Shown here: one piece after another, positions 39,501 through 53,884 of the stretch
Numbering within the stretch: position 1 is the stretch's first letter
Layout of the letters: each line of letters opens with the position of its first letter
Assembly (NCBI RefSeq): GCF_002105155.1
Contig: NW_019028991.1
Coordinates: 682,001 to 746,000 of the forward strand
Origin: Lobosporangium transversale
Lineage: Eukaryota
Direction: 5' to 3'
DNA: 64,000 bases
Position numbers and translations under genes: made by a program
The notes under the pieces: model-generated
What the model saw: the letters and a program-made list of their open reading frames with translations, nothing else
What the model was told of the DNA's origin: nothing
The model's database searches: none

Positions 39501-40331
39501 AGGACTCAATGGCGACCCTGGAAACAATGATGAGGCTTTGGCACAATGGCAACAGAGGCATCAGCATCAACAAGCCGAGATGAGTAGGGATACGATCGAT
39601 CCCTATCATGTTGCGAAATATGACCATAACCCCGGCTATGTGACGGTATTGCCTCGGGTCGTTGCAGATCGATGCGTTGTGGATACAACTTTAACGCAAG
39701 ATCTTATCAAGGACTGCATTGGCTGGGCAGAAGAGCATCAATATAGTATCGCACAAGGTCGTTTGCAAGCTGACTCTGTGTCTGATGGTAAAATAGACTT
39801 CTTTTACTTGGTTGCTGCTTTAAAATGTGCTTTGGTTTTACTTTCATTTTTATTTTTATTTTTTTGTTTTTCATGTGCGTTATAGATACAACCGCTTGGC
39901 TGCAATGCATCAGAAGATGTCCTCGAGGGATCTTAGATATTGTTAACTCAAAGGCTTGCAGAAGCGCAATTATGTTTAACGACGAGCTCACAATTATTCA
40001 ATGTCAACAAGTTATCAAAAACCTTTCCCAGTGTGTCTTTCCATTTCAATGTGCACATGGCCGACCAAGTATCGCCCCTTTAACTGTTTTAGGGCCTACT
40101 TTGTCGCGCCGTGAACAGGCTCGCCAGCAGAAGCAACAAAATCTGCTACTGCTACAACAGCAAAATCAAGGATCACTAAGAGAGAGATGTCGAAGTGTCG
40201 ATGAGAGCGATCAAAACGGAAGAGTACCATCATCGAGACGACGATCGCTATTTTTAGGAAATAATAAGCAATACAACAGCCGAGCCACATTGGATCCAAA
40301 ATGGTTATCATGGAAAAAAGACATATTATAA
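36597..40331 (+). CDS. MLH3: MutL homolog 3 (meiotic crossover/mismatch-repair endonuclease), multi-exon
   Basis: ELVQNSIDA, DNGDGI, YATSK, TYGFRGEA, VRDLFYKFPVR, WANPVF, DQHAADERVRVE, ACRSAIMFND, FPFQCAHGRPS. Confidence 0.93.
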
Positions 40332-40593
40332 TAGCAATAGAAACAGCTTATCACTGTAATATGAATGATTATGTTTATACCAGTTGATACCTCCACTATG
40401 CCCATTTCGATACATAAGAACACCGATTTTCATAAGATTGTATGTCAATTGGGTCATTTTATATTGTGCTATGGCTCTGTTCAATTTCCTTGCTTGAAGA
40501 TGTTATATTGGCTGTTGGCCAAAAAATTTATTTTGTTTTATGAAAAGAGCACAAAAAAAAAAAAAAAAGAAAAAAAGAAAAAAGCTCAAAATG

Positions 40594-42554
40594 TTATGAG
40601 GCAATGGACGGAACATGTTGTTGCTGGTGTTGTTGTCGAGCCTGTTGAGCCTGTTGCGCCTGCTCTTTTTGCCGGATAATAAGCTTGCGGACATAACTAC
40701 CGACGGCTTGGTGACCCTCTGTCGTTATACAAATCAATCTTCTCTTCTGGTTCGACCATAGTACTACACCCAGCTCGCTTGCATACTCTAATGTGCTTTC
40801 AAAGTCTTGCTGTCGGCCGAAATCAGAATATAACCATGACTGAACTGGTCGGAGACGGTTCTTCTCAATCTCCCATAAGCGAATCTGATCCACCACAGTA
40901 AGTGGCAAGACAGGTGTATGCTTCCGCATCTGCGCATGCGCATGTGCTGTGAGATAGGTGATGATTTGCTCTGCTGTAATTCCTTTAGTAAGCGCACGTC
41001 GGATACTATCGCGCGTGATTACGCCAGTAACCATGTTGGGGAATCGATCCCGAAGATGTACAAAGAGGTTTAACACTGCAATCTGTAGGGGTGAATCTAT
41101 AGGAAGTAACAAAACTCCCTGCAATTAATAATCTTTGGGTCTGAATTGCTTTAAAATAGCTGGATAAATCGCTTTTGTATACTTACCGGTGTAAGCGTAA
41201 AGCCTGTAATTGGTTTCCAAGATAATAAATCCATGGTCATCTCCTTCCTCCTCCTCTCCTTTCCTGACCGCTGCGGCTGCAGCCAACTTGGTAGCATTAG
41301 TATGTGACCCGAGCATAACGGGAGTTCCTGAGGTCAGCGTTGTTGCCAATCGAGTTGGATAAAATCTTCTGCTTCCTCTTTTCCTTTGGTATACAATCCC
41401 ATATGCCTTCAAGTCCTCCAGTAAATGAGTCTGTGTTGGTGTTAACGTCTCAGAGGAGTAATCATTCCCCAATTCCAAAGATCCCAATTGGAAAAAGAAA
41501 GTCAGCACTTCAACTAGATCCATGTTCAGACTTTCCGCCATGTTCAAATATTGAAGCAAGAAAGCCCAAACTTGTGTATTGATGTCCTGCAAAAGAAATT
41601 GGAACCCTTTGTGTGTAATTTTAGGGACACCGAAATCTTGCCGGGCCATTTGACTCGCAAAATCCCGTGCATCCATGCTATCAGCGTGTGATGAAACATC
41701 AGATCCGCCCGTCATTAGTCCGCTTCGTCCTAGAAGGTTGAGAACTCCTTTGCAAGGTGGACGTCCTTCTGTAGTGCCGACCATAAAATGTAAAATCGCT
41801 TCCCATTGTTTGGTGGCGTAGTCGTCTAAAAATGCAATGTCGACATGATGTTTATCTGGTGTTGATGTCGCTAATCCAAAGCTCTGGGAATTTCCTCTAA
41901 AAAAAAAAAAAAAAAAAAAAACATCAAACTCTGTATATGATTAGGAGCAAGGACATAAAATTTCTCATAATAAACAGTTCTCAGTGATAAAAACTCATTT
42001 CTGCTTTACCCTCCTGTCAATGCATTCCTAAACTGCTCCAGGAATGTCGCGTTCATCGCGTAGTTCCCTCGCTCCTCTGAAAAGATGTGGAGGGCCTTTA
42101 ACCGCTGCATAGCCTCTTTTTGCTTCCTAGTAATGTATAATACAACATCAACAGAATGCATTGAGCAAGTAGAACTACAAAGAGCAGAGCAGATCAGGCC
42201 AGTTATAAACATTGATCTTGGAATTTGGATAGTGGTATTACATTAGTCCTGCGCTCTCTTTAAACCAAAGCTTCATATCCGTAACTGGAATGGGTGTATC
42301 GACGTATAGACTTGACATGATGATCTGTTTTCCTAATGGTGGCAACAGCCTTCACAATCAAAATAATGACCACGTTAGATGATACAAGAGCCCTTGGTCC
42401 CCGACAGATGATAATGGATAAGGCCGAAGAGAAAAAGAAAGAAGAAATACCGAAAGATAGCAAGGCATGTTGCTGGTTTCTGATAGAGGCGGTTGAAAGT
42501 CTGTAGAGGAAGTGTTTCAAGGTATTCATGAATCGATGTCTGGAATTTTGACAT
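40594..42554 (-). CDS. TFB2: TFIIH subunit p52/Tfb2 (5 exons)
   Basis: YLETLP..FNRLYQKPATCLAIFRLLP, WEAILHFMVG, ITHKGFQFLLQD, FYPTRLA, IILETNYRLYAYT, RFPNMV, GITAEQII.YL..HAH, VVDQIRLWE. Confidence 0.95.
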
Positions 42555-44623
42555 CTTTTTTGTTTTCTAAATTGATGCTTATGTATATAATTATATTTCT
42601 GTGGTATATAAAACAATATGATGTGGTCAGATGCCCCTTTATGTTCCTTGTTGATGTCTCTTATGTCTGTGTTATATGCGATGTATGTGCATGTAATTAC
42701 AAATGGTTTATTCCCCTCTCTCTCAGTGTGCGCTGCACTTTAATTTGAAGGTCATGTGATCATTTCTTTTAAACTTTAAAGGCAAGGTTTCTTTAAAGTG
42801 TATTTAAAGCACAAAATGGATCACAGCCACAGTACTTAGCCAATGCCATCCTGAGTTGGAAGACACAACAGTCATTGGAACTTGGTAGGGTGCAGTGTGT
42901 TGTCCGGATCATATTTTGCCTAGTCACTGTATCACTATGGGACGCTGACTGTATTTAAAACAGTGTGTCTGTCCCATATGAACCTTATGAATCCGAACAA
43001 CGACGATTGGCAGCGGCCATTTGGATTTACGAGCTTGTTTTGAGGACACTTTTAGGGAACATAAAGTTGTCGATACCTGCCACAGCATAGCACTTTGTCC
43101 CCAAAGATGTAGGCGGACATCCGAGCCCATGACAAGTTTGATCATACAAATAAATATCGTAAGGATTTAACCACGCATTTTAAAAACAGACCTACAAATA
43201 TGAAGGCTAATCTCACCAGCCTGCAGTAGAACAAACAGAGTATTTTGATAGAAATGTAGCATAAATATTGATCTACAGAATTCCAATCCAGCAAACGAGA
43301 TGGTTCTGCTTTATCTGACTTAGATGTTAGCTGCATGCACTGGCATTGTGCACAAAGCCCAACCTTGGATCTATTGCAAGGGTCGAGTGCAAGGTGTTCT
43401 CTTGTTTAGAAAGCCAAATTTAACCAACAAAATGGGTCATCTTGGGGTTCATGGGTTAATTTAGTCAAATGTAAAAATAAAATGTTCTTGTACTCACACC
43501 TATTTTCTTCTTGTTGTGTATTTATGTCTTATCTTTTTAACCATGCTTCTGGAACAGTACCTTACCTTCTAAATAGCTTTAGACGCTGCTGTAACTTTGG
43601 ATGCAACGCGATCTTTTGTATTTTGGATACCTTTTCAGACTCGGATGTCCGCCGTACACCAAATTCACTCTCGGCACATCATGTGGCGATGTAGAGTGAG
43701 GATTCGGCTCAAAGCATCAATAGTAAAGTGTGTCTAAGGTCAGCCCTACGTACGCTCAGTTCTTATACCCACAGCTTCCTTTAACACCAAAATAAAATCT
43801 TGAAGTTTGTGTAATATTTAGCGATTCCAGGATACATCGTCTCATCTGACACCACGTTGTAATAGCACTGATCGTCCTAGGACGTTCATTCTAAACCAAG
43901 GTAAAAACCATTTGCGTTGGATTCCAGCCTGTTTTTTCGGGACGGTTTGCGTAGCAGTCATGACTATAAAGTTGTTAGTTTCTTGGAGAGCATCTAGTCA
44001 CGTACTCGAATAAACAAAACAAAAAAAATTCGCGATCAACAATCGAGGGAAGGGGCTTTGCACCTAAATTTGTGAGCCAAAACACTAACAGAGCAATGAT
44101 CAGCAGAGGACAAGTGAAATACGACAGAAGATTTAGCGTTCTTTCAAAAGTGCCAAAATAAAAAGGAAAGCAGGTTGTTGGAAGGCTACCGTGGAGCTCG
44201 CAATTTCCAAAAACCAGAGAGTATTATATAATATATAAGATGTTTTCAGAGGAAAATAAGAAGAGTACATGTATGGTGCTCAAGGATAAAGATAAATGTC
44301 CGTTGGATGAGACAGATTCAGGAGACCTCCCATGATAATAAACCAATCCTTTACCCCTAATGCCAGTGCATACAATGCATACGCTGCGCCTGCTCCTTCC
44401 TTCCCTCCGCCAAACCCACGGGATCTCTGCTCTGTATTGATACCAATGTCTTTTTGCCTTATAAAGGCATATACACTTTTACCGCTCAACATCGCATCAC
44501 TCGGCAAATTCTGCATCTTCTATAACTCAGCACTCTTTTCTCACTTTCTCTCTTTTTCTTCGTTTCTCCCCCTTCTGAGGCAACAATTACGTATTCCTCT
44601 TGGCCAAGGCCATTAAATTCATC

Positions 44624-46633
44624 ATGACTTCCATGTTCATCACCCTCGCATTACTCTTTTCACTCCTTGTCACAGCATACGCTCAGAGTATCAAACCCAG
44701 GCCTGCACAGGAATGTGCATTTGCACGTGCCGGATCAAAACTTTATATTCAGGGCGGTAGAACCGGTTCCGACATTATTAACCAGCACTACGCTCTCGAC
44801 CTCGCTACAAGCTGGCCTGTTACTTCTCCTCCCTGGACTGAGTTGAAGCCTGGCCACACAACTTATCTCTTCAATGCTGTGGCTACACCTGATAACAAAA
44901 CACTTATCATGTTCGTCCGGGGCGAGAACAGCAGTATCATCATGCCAAAATATGATATCCAAACCAATTCTTGGGGCGCCGCTCCCTTGTCACTGACTCC
45001 TGACCAGGACTATCGCTATGGCATAAGGCCAGTGATTGATCCGATAAATTGGCTCGTCTACATAGCTGCCTTTCAGAACTTGGATATCTTTAATCCAAAC
45101 ACTTCGACCATATCGCTCACTCCTATGCCCGCAGATATCTTCAAGTCAAGACTGTTCTCAGGCGCCGTCTACAATCCACTGAGGAAATCTATCATGTATT
45201 TTGGAGGGATCAACGCAAGTATCGTTATCGATCCTCTGGCGACGCAAGTTACTGAATATTCTATCGGTACAAATACCTGGAGAACCTTTGTAGGTCTAAT
45301 AACGCGTTTGTTTTTCTTTTTTTCTTTCTTTCTTTTTTTTTTTTTTTTTTTTTTTCTTTTTGGGCACTAAAGCATATTTCACTTTTTTCTTTTTTAGCCA
45401 ACTGTGGGTGAACCACCAGTAGCACGGTCCGACTTTTGTATGGCCTCAAGTGAAGACGGAAATACAATTGTTGTCTATGGTGGAAGGATAGCTCCGCCTG
45501 CAAATTATACAAACACTTTTTACACACTGGATGTTCCCACTGGTAGATGGACCCGAGGTCCAGATGGAGATGTTAGGCTATATATGGCATGCATCATCAT
45601 AGGAGACCAATTCCTGGCGTGGGGCGGAACCGATGGCGTCAAGACACTTGATGGCCCTCCCGTAGTCTTTGACTTGGCCCAACGCAAATGGGTCAATACT
45701 TACACTGCTCCAGCATACTATCGGAAAGATACCAATCCTAGCAGTAGCTCGTCCTCTCCAGGTTCTATCCCCTCAGACGCGCCTCCTCCAGTCACCAAGT
45801 CATCAGGAAGCAATTTGGGGGCTATTCTTGGAGGCACGTTCGGAGTTCTTTCCGTAGTTGCACTGTCTGGTCTGGTTTATTTTTATCTAAAGCGTAGACA
45901 GGGCCATGTTCGGTACAATGAAGCTTCGGAGCAGCAAAATGCAAGTAATAATGAAAAGCCAGCAGAGACACACCAAAAACTAGACAATTCGCAGCCAAGG
46001 AATCCACAAATACTAGGCCTGAGACAAACATCTGCGCGCGATCCTCAGGGTATTTCAGACTACAGGCTCTCTTCCTCAGTCCCACAGCCAGTATTCTCGT
46101 CTCCCAGTTACGATCATCAGCAATATACTGTTTCCAGCAAGAACGTCCTGCTGCCGCCTATTGACTCACAGCTATCTAACACACCTGTTATTTATATCCC
46201 TAATTCTTCTTATCCAACTGTTATTCCTGGAGCAACCGTCACTACGCCTTACACACCAACTCAAACCACCCCGAATGGCGATGTTTACCAAGCATACTCC
46301 ATTGCACCATCTGGACTTTCACAGAATGTTGGAACGCTCAATGGTTCTGTCTCAGGATCACCTCACGACTTCAATGCCCCTACATATAGCTCTGTCACTC
46401 CTATCCCACCACCAGCACCCTATGTTTCCAATCAATCTTATGTCCCGCAGAATGTCTTTAACCTGTCTGCCGCCACATTCACGCCTGGCATCACATCGCA
46501 TACGGCGACACCGAGCGCATCTCCTGTGAATGCCCAAGGCAATGACAATACTGAATCACAGGCACCATTTCCACCCCCACCTAACTTGTCACCACGACCA
46601 GTTAAAAGCAACACATCGCATTATACTCAGTAG
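44624..46633 (+). CDS. Kelch-type single-pass membrane protein (copy 3); intron ~45290-45398
   Basis: Signal peptide; YIQGG, MYFGG, VVYGG, LAWGG. TM LGAILGGTFGVLSVVALSGLVYFYL followed by KRR. P/S/Y-rich tail. Confidence 0.87.
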
Positions 46634-47008
46634 CACCTAGGCCCCTCAATAGCAGAACCGATATAATCAATGTATTCATTCCATCACCGCATGGACAGCA
46701 ATAACATATACGATCACCCCATGCAACCGCAGAATGACGTCCCCATTTTCAATATACTATCATCATTACTACTATCATTATTATTTCATTATTATTTCGT
46801 CTTTTTAGCCATCACTATTTACTTCATACACTTCTTATAAGCAACTCTACCATAATAAACTTCAAGGATATATTTTTATTTACTATCACCGCTGTTTGTT
46901 TGATTTAAATAGATTCTTTGTGCTTTTTTTTTTTTTTTTTTTTTTTTTTCAGTTGATATGATTTGACACAGGCTGTTGAATAGGTAATAAGTGATTTAAT
47001 CAAGTCTA

Positions 47009-50000
47009 CTAAACCTCGCCAGCTTGCTCTGCTAACTTGTAAAACAACGAATCCTCCTTCTTGAGTAGTCGACTTGGAGTATCAAACTCTAGGACTCTTC
47101 CTCTCTCCAACACCAAAATCTTGTCACTGTCCATTACAGTCTTGATACGGTGTGCAATCGTTAAAACCGTCCTGTCTCTGAACTCTTGCCGGATCGTCTT
47201 TTGAATCAGTTCATCTGTCTCTACATCCACTGCCGCAGTTGCCTCATCCATGATCAAGATCTTGGATTTTCGAAGCAATGCTCGTGCAAGGCAGATCAAG
47301 GATCGTTGGCCCACGGAAAAATTCCCGCCATTCTGTGCAACCTCAAATGATAATCCTCCTGGTAATGTGCTGATATAGTCCTTCAAATGAGATCGCTCCA
47401 GAGCCCTCCAGAGATCTGCGTCCTCTACTTCGTGGAATGGATCAAGGTTATCGCGAACAGTCCCCACAAATAGCGTCGGGTCCTGAGGGATAATAGATAG
47501 ATGGCGACGCAAGTCCTGAAGCCCCACAGTTGAAATATCGACTCCATCTATTTCAATTCTACCTCCATCTTCCTCTTCTGTTGCTGCTTCTTCCTCTGAG
47601 TGTGACCCTCCCTGGCCGTTAGCATTATGTGGTAATGATCTATCAGAGGCAAGCGTCATGCTATTGTCACTTTGCTTGGCCCAGTAGCTATTAGCAGCCT
47701 CCACAATTCGGAATAGAGCCAATGTCAATGAGGATTTGCCTGCACCTGTTCGGCCAACAATGCCGACACGCTCTGTTGGTGCAATTTCTAACGTCACGTT
47801 CTTTATGACCAAGTCCAGTCCCTCGCGGTAACGTGTCGAGTAGTTCTTGAAGTTGATGCGTCCTTTTGAAGGCCAGCCATCTGGGAGCGGCACATCTGTG
47901 GTGTCAGGGGCCTCCGTCTTGAGGTTGGTGTATTCAAGGATGCGCTCCAGTGAAACCAGTTGGTACTGTAGTACAAAAAAAAAAAAAGTTAAACACCAGT
48001 TTTCTTTGAAATGTTACCATCATTATTATTATTACTTTATCATCTCTTTTTACCTGGAGATCGCAAGCCATGCGGACTAAGGAAGTAACTTCCTCAGTAA
48101 TCGACAGTGCAAAGCTCAAGGTCAAACCCACCATGCTAGGGTCCATCCGCTCCCGTTCAAGGACTGCAAAAAGGGCTGTAATAAACACGATAATGGTGCT
48201 TAGAAGCCGAAGCTGCACGTCCATCCATCGCCTCGAACCCATATTGGATAAGAAATTGTTTGAATTTCTATCAGTTAAATCCGTATTTTCACGGACAAAC
48301 CGACTTTGAATCTTCATTGCCCGCAGCGTTGACACACCTCCAAGAGATTCGTTAAAGTGTTGGTAGATGGGTGACTTTGAAGCTGCGTAAATTCGAGCCA
48401 ATATCTGGTTCACGCTCAGGAAGCAAATAAGAGCGAGATAGTAAGCTGCCATAAAGAGTGGTGCAACAAAGATAAAGGATGGGGTTGTGCTTACGACCAA
48501 AATCAAGGTGCTCATGACTGAGGTACCAAATAATAAAATACCAATCAATTTGCTTGAAAGTTTCACATCTACTGTCCCAACATCGGACGAAAACCGGTTG
48601 ATGATTCTTCCCAGTGGCGTCGTGTCAAAGAAAGCAATTGGTAGGTGCATAATCTTGTTCAAGAAATCGTAATGAATTCGCTCTGAGGCACGGATTCGAC
48701 CGACTGCAAGCGCTAGCCACATGATGATCATGTAGAGCAACACATATATCAGAGTGAGCAGCGCATACACCCCGAGGAAACGAACAATCGATGGTGGATT
48801 GTTTTCATCTCTCCTTTTGTTTTCATTGATCCAATGCTTAAGCCACAGGCTTGTCGAAACCAGGCAAATCTGTGCCAGGACAAACAGTAGCACTACCATT
48901 GTCGAAACAAGGTATGATCTTCAAATATAAGAAATAAATAGAATAAATAAACAAATAAATAAAAAGCTATCTTTCAAAATAATACTTTTTGACAAATGAA
49001 AACAATCAAGGGAAACTTACACTGCTTTGGCGTAGAGAATGCCCACCCCATATCCGACCGCACCCTCCTTTATGGCCTCGACCGTAATAATTCCTGCCTT
49101 CGTGTCTTTCTTGTCATCCTTGAACTCCTGGTTGTTGGCAGCCACTGTAGTGTTGTTGGATGTGCTCTGATCGCTTATATCTCCACTTTCGTCTCCCTCA
49201 GTAGCCTCGCCGCTGTCATCGGCATCGTTTGGTATATTTGTACTGATAGTCGCATTCCCTGGTTTTATACGTGTTTTATCACCTCCTTTAATCCCTGTTT
49301 TAGCCACCTTCGGTGTTGAACTCGATCTTCTTTCCAACTTTGAATATTCTTTGATCAATCGATAGAAGATCTTCTTATTCGCCATTAGCTCGCTATATGG
49401 CCCATTCTCCGCAACCATGCCTTCGTGGAGGACCACAATTTGATCAACTTCACGGAGATGATGAATTCCATGTGTCACCAAGACACGCGTCTTGTCGCGG
49501 AGCAAACCAGTTGATCCAAGGAGGTGATTCCAAAGATGATGACTAACATGTGCATCTACTGCGCTGAGTGGATCATCCAACAAATAGATGTCCGCATCGT
49601 CGTAGGCAGCTCGGGCAAGAGAAACTCTTTGTTTCTGACCGCCTGAGAGATTTATCCCACGCTCTCCAATCTCTGTCATATCTCCTGCAGGCAGGACAGC
49701 CAGATCTGGCTCCAATCCACAAGCAAAGATAACCTGCTTGTACCTTTCTTCGTCATATCTCTTGCCAAAAAGAATGTTATCCTTGAGTGTTTTGTTGATG
49801 ATCCAAGCTTGTTGAGGAACGTATGCAACATGTCCTGAAATCTGAATCTTCCCCTGTAACTTATAAAGTTCTCCAATCATGGCAGAGAGTAATGAAGATT
49901 TGCCTTGTCCCACGCGTCCAACAATAGCAGTGAGTTTTCCTCTGCCAAAGGATAGGTTGATAGACCGCAGTGTAGGCGGCAATGTCAGCTGAGGTTCAGA

Positions 50001-51727
50001 GGAGCCATGATCCTGTAGAAGGGCGCTTCTCTCATCTATAACACGATTGTCCTCATAACCCTCATCGACCGGTGCTATCCATGAGAATGTCCCATCTTTG
50101 ATCAAAATCAGCGGATCATCTGGGTCTCGGGGCAAAAGATCAAAGCGCATGATGTTCTTGTCATCGATCTCTTCGAGCAAAAAGAATCGCTGAATGCGCT
50201 TAGTAGCTACCAAGACACTGAGAGTTGAAGCTGTTGCGTCTGATAGACTCGAGATAGGATTTTTAAGCATGGAAAAGAGCGTCATAGATACAAATACAGT
50301 CTGTAGCGTGAGTTTCCCTGGGGTGAAACCGGGGCCACCCCAGAGAGCATAGACACTGAAAGTGACCAGGCTGATGATGAGTGAGGATGATATGAAGATA
50401 ATGGACATGAATGCCTCTACAATGCCAATCCTCTTGAGTATATTCAATTCCTTACTTCGCACTGCCAGGATACGATTTATGAATGCAGTACTCCAGCCGT
50501 AAAGTTTGATGATCTTCATTGAACTCAATACCTCTGTTGTGAGCTGAACTCGTTGATCCATTGCTTTCAATTTCTCTGCCTGCATTGACTTAAAAAACTT
50601 TGCTTGCCAGGTTTGCACTGGCAGCATCGCCAGCATGGTAAGTACTCCAGCAAGCATTGTCCATCCTAAAAGCCCATACAGCAATTTCATTGCAATTGCG
50701 ATCTCAAGTGGAATGGACTACAGAAACAGAACAAAGTATCCATTGCATAAGAAATACATCAACAACTTTGAGAAAAAAAAAAAAAAAAAAAAAAAAAAAA
50801 CACTTACGATCCACATAGATAAAAAGCTGAACATGTCCCACCACTGGTCCGCATCGACAGACATATGGTTTGTAATTTCGCCATTCGTCGACTCGCTCCT
50901 TGCTTTGGCTGAAAGCCTAAGAGCTTTGCGATATATCATCGCAATGAGTGCAGCACGGGTTCGGACTCCAATCAAAATCATTTGGTATCGATTATATGTG
51001 TTGACAAGAGACGCGAACAGGGACGATACAAAGATCCCTATGGCTAAAGTGATACCGTACGACAGAGGCTTGGATTCATAATCCTCTAAATAGCTCAGCA
51101 ACTCGTTCAGGATTACTGGAAGCGTATATGAAAACAGGACAATCGCAACTCGGCTCAAGAGCACTGGCACCAGCAATTCCCAATTCGAAAGAAGGATAAT
51201 TTGGAACAATGATGGTTGTTCACCGCGGGATTTACGCCGCAGCAATCGGTCCGCCCATAAGCTGCTCAACTTTTCATACGCTACTTCTGTCTCCATCCAA
51301 GGAGGTAGTTGACCAAGAATATCGTCTTGAGTAATTGTTCTCTTCAATCCGATCTTGATGAACGGGAAATAAAACGTGAAAAAAAGTCGAGAGCCAAGGT
51401 TAGCCTTGGCGTACAGCCCAGCGCTACTCATCCGCTGTACTCTAGTCTTTCCCCGTGGCCACGCCTCCACTACAAAGCCTGCAGACAAAAATAAAGTTAG
51501 CGCTATGAGGAGACTTATTGTTGAGCGTCCGGTTGGTTCAGCCAGCTCCAATGTCGTTTTGGTAATGATAAGTGTCGCTGATATTGCGGCAACATAGAAA
51601 GCATATATGGCGCTAGAAGAACGGATCGTGTACTCATGCTCATATTTGTTTAATGCAACTGCAAATACCTAGAAGAAGGGTGTTGACGTCAGGTACATGC
51701 TTATATACTTATATTATTTTAAGTAAC

Positions 51728-51763
<36 letters not shown>

Positions 51764-52333
51764 CAAACGTTACCCATGCTGTACCCATGCAAAAACAGCT
51801 CCAAGCAATAGCGGGTGAAATGTCCCCTGAGGCGGAAAGATTCCAGTAAAGCATCCATGATACAACAGCAGAAATAAACATGAATATCTGTGTGGGCCAA
51901 TAGATCCAAAAAGTGCGTCCGAGGCGATGCCCAACTCTATATTTTCTCAGATAATATATCCGCAACAAGAACCCCAATGCTGCGAGTAATGACAATGCGC
52001 CAAATAATACACTATGGCAAAAAATAAGATAAAGGATAAGCGCCACAAACATCTGATTCAGGTTTGATAAGAAATTGCATTCTGTAATTTCGCCATTCTC
52101 CATTACCTGTACTCAAAGCATGGTGTCAAATCATATCGAGTGGGGCTCAATGGGCCCTATGTATGTATATAATTTTATTGAATTTAGGATGGTAAGGACT
52201 ATAGGCAATACGTACAAAATAAAACAAAGGTACATATGAAGATATATATACATATATTTTTGTTGATCCTATATCTATAGTAACTTACCCATCCCTCATG
52301 ATGAGTACAGAGACTATTGATACTAGATGGCAT
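47009..52333 (-). CDS. ABCC/MRP (Ycf1-like) full-length ABC transporter with TMD0, multi-exon
   Basis: NBD1: GRVGQGKSS, LSGGQKQR, YLLDD. NBD2: GRTGAGKSS, FSVGQR, IMDEAT. Also FFDTTPLGRIINRFS and N-terminal LC...EGW/GP. Confidence 0.93.
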
Positions 52334-52527
52334 ATGACTATTTGTCCGGTAGACTGAACTATCGAAACGAACCCCAGCTGTCAACAACTGCCAAGTCTCA
52401 AAGTGTAAAGTGTCAGGCAGGATCGAGTGAGTTCCAGTAATGGTTCAGCCTTGATGCTATCAATCCTGGTTTCCTGAACCCTGTGCTCCGAACGAAGTTG
52501 GATTATGAAAGTTGTAAAGGAAAATTG

Positions 52528-52564
<37 letters not shown>

Positions 52565-53270
52565 AGAGGAAAAAAGAAAGAAAGTGCACAGCACTTTGAA
52601 GATAAGAAAATAGTGGAACCACAAACGGGAAAAGTGACTGTTAAAACGGCGTTTGAAAGAACGCCAAATAAACCATTTTTGGAATGTGAGAGAAGGTTAA
52701 GCACAGATGTTCATCTAGTTTATCCGTTGCAGTGGAAAGTCGTAAAAAAGTAATTTTGCCCTTTTCATCAGGCGCAAGCACCAGCACGATAGCATTAACA
52801 CTATCGTACAACTGTTCGATGACGGGAGCCTCCGCTTGTATTCCAATCTACTCTTTCGGTACGAAATTGCTATTTACATTATTATTTATTGTATACCTCT
52901 CATCACCGTCGTCATCATCACACGGAGGAGAATAACACTGCAAAGAGTAGGGCAATAGCATAGGTTTGTGGGCGAAATCTTGTTTGTGGATATTTGTTTG
53001 TATCTTCGAGTACCAAAATGCTATGTATTTGACTGTTCATGGGAAAAAGCCTTTTTCTTTTTTTTTTCTAAAAGGCCACTGGCTGAACTAGAATGCCCTA
53101 GCGCTCTGTGTACTGTACTAAAATCATTACGACCATACTCTATGCCTCAATATACGGGAAATATGTATAACCATTCTTTATTTATATCTGTTAAAGGTGG
53201 AGTATCGACCATTAAAGGAGCCGTCTGCATCCATAAAAAATAAATAAAATAAGATCAAAGGAAAAATAAC

Positions 53271-53839
53271 TCATATATGCCTTTTAACAACGATTTCTGC
53301 AAGGGCCAAGATCGTTCCAACCCCCGACGTGGCTAAACTGAGACTCGCAGGGACGAAACGGAACACCTCTGCAGCATATTGAGGTACAGCCATCCAATGA
53401 AAAAGATAATGGTTCTGTTGTTCACCCATTCCTGCATACATCGCTACTGTCTCGGCTGCATCCTTGGCTAAATTTGTCAACCGCGAGGTCACATTCACAG
53501 CCGGGTACTGATGATGGACATGATGGTGATGTAAACCATATTGGCTCAAGCAGTATGTTAATGCAAACTTGAAGGCAAAGTATGAGAGACCTGAAGTCGT
53601 GGAACGCGACAAAAGGCCAGTCATCGCATACTGAGAAGCATCAAGCTCAGCGTCCGTTTTACGGGCCACATCAACGTTGAACAGTTGTGAAAGCAGCGTT
53701 GGGAGAACGAAAAGTGAGCTGTAGTAACAAAAGAATGGTAATAAGAAGTCGGGCCAGTTCATCAAGGTCCCAAAGAAAGATGGCTGATCATCCTCATCCT
53801 AGCGTTTCAAATAAAATATAAAGCGTCAGTATGAACACC

Positions 53840-53884
<45 letters not shown>

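Noticed and set aside
36597..42554. Adjacent DNA-repair genes MLH3 and TFB2 as a functional cluster
   Set aside because: Convergent housekeeping genes of different pathways; nothing beyond adjacency supports a cluster.
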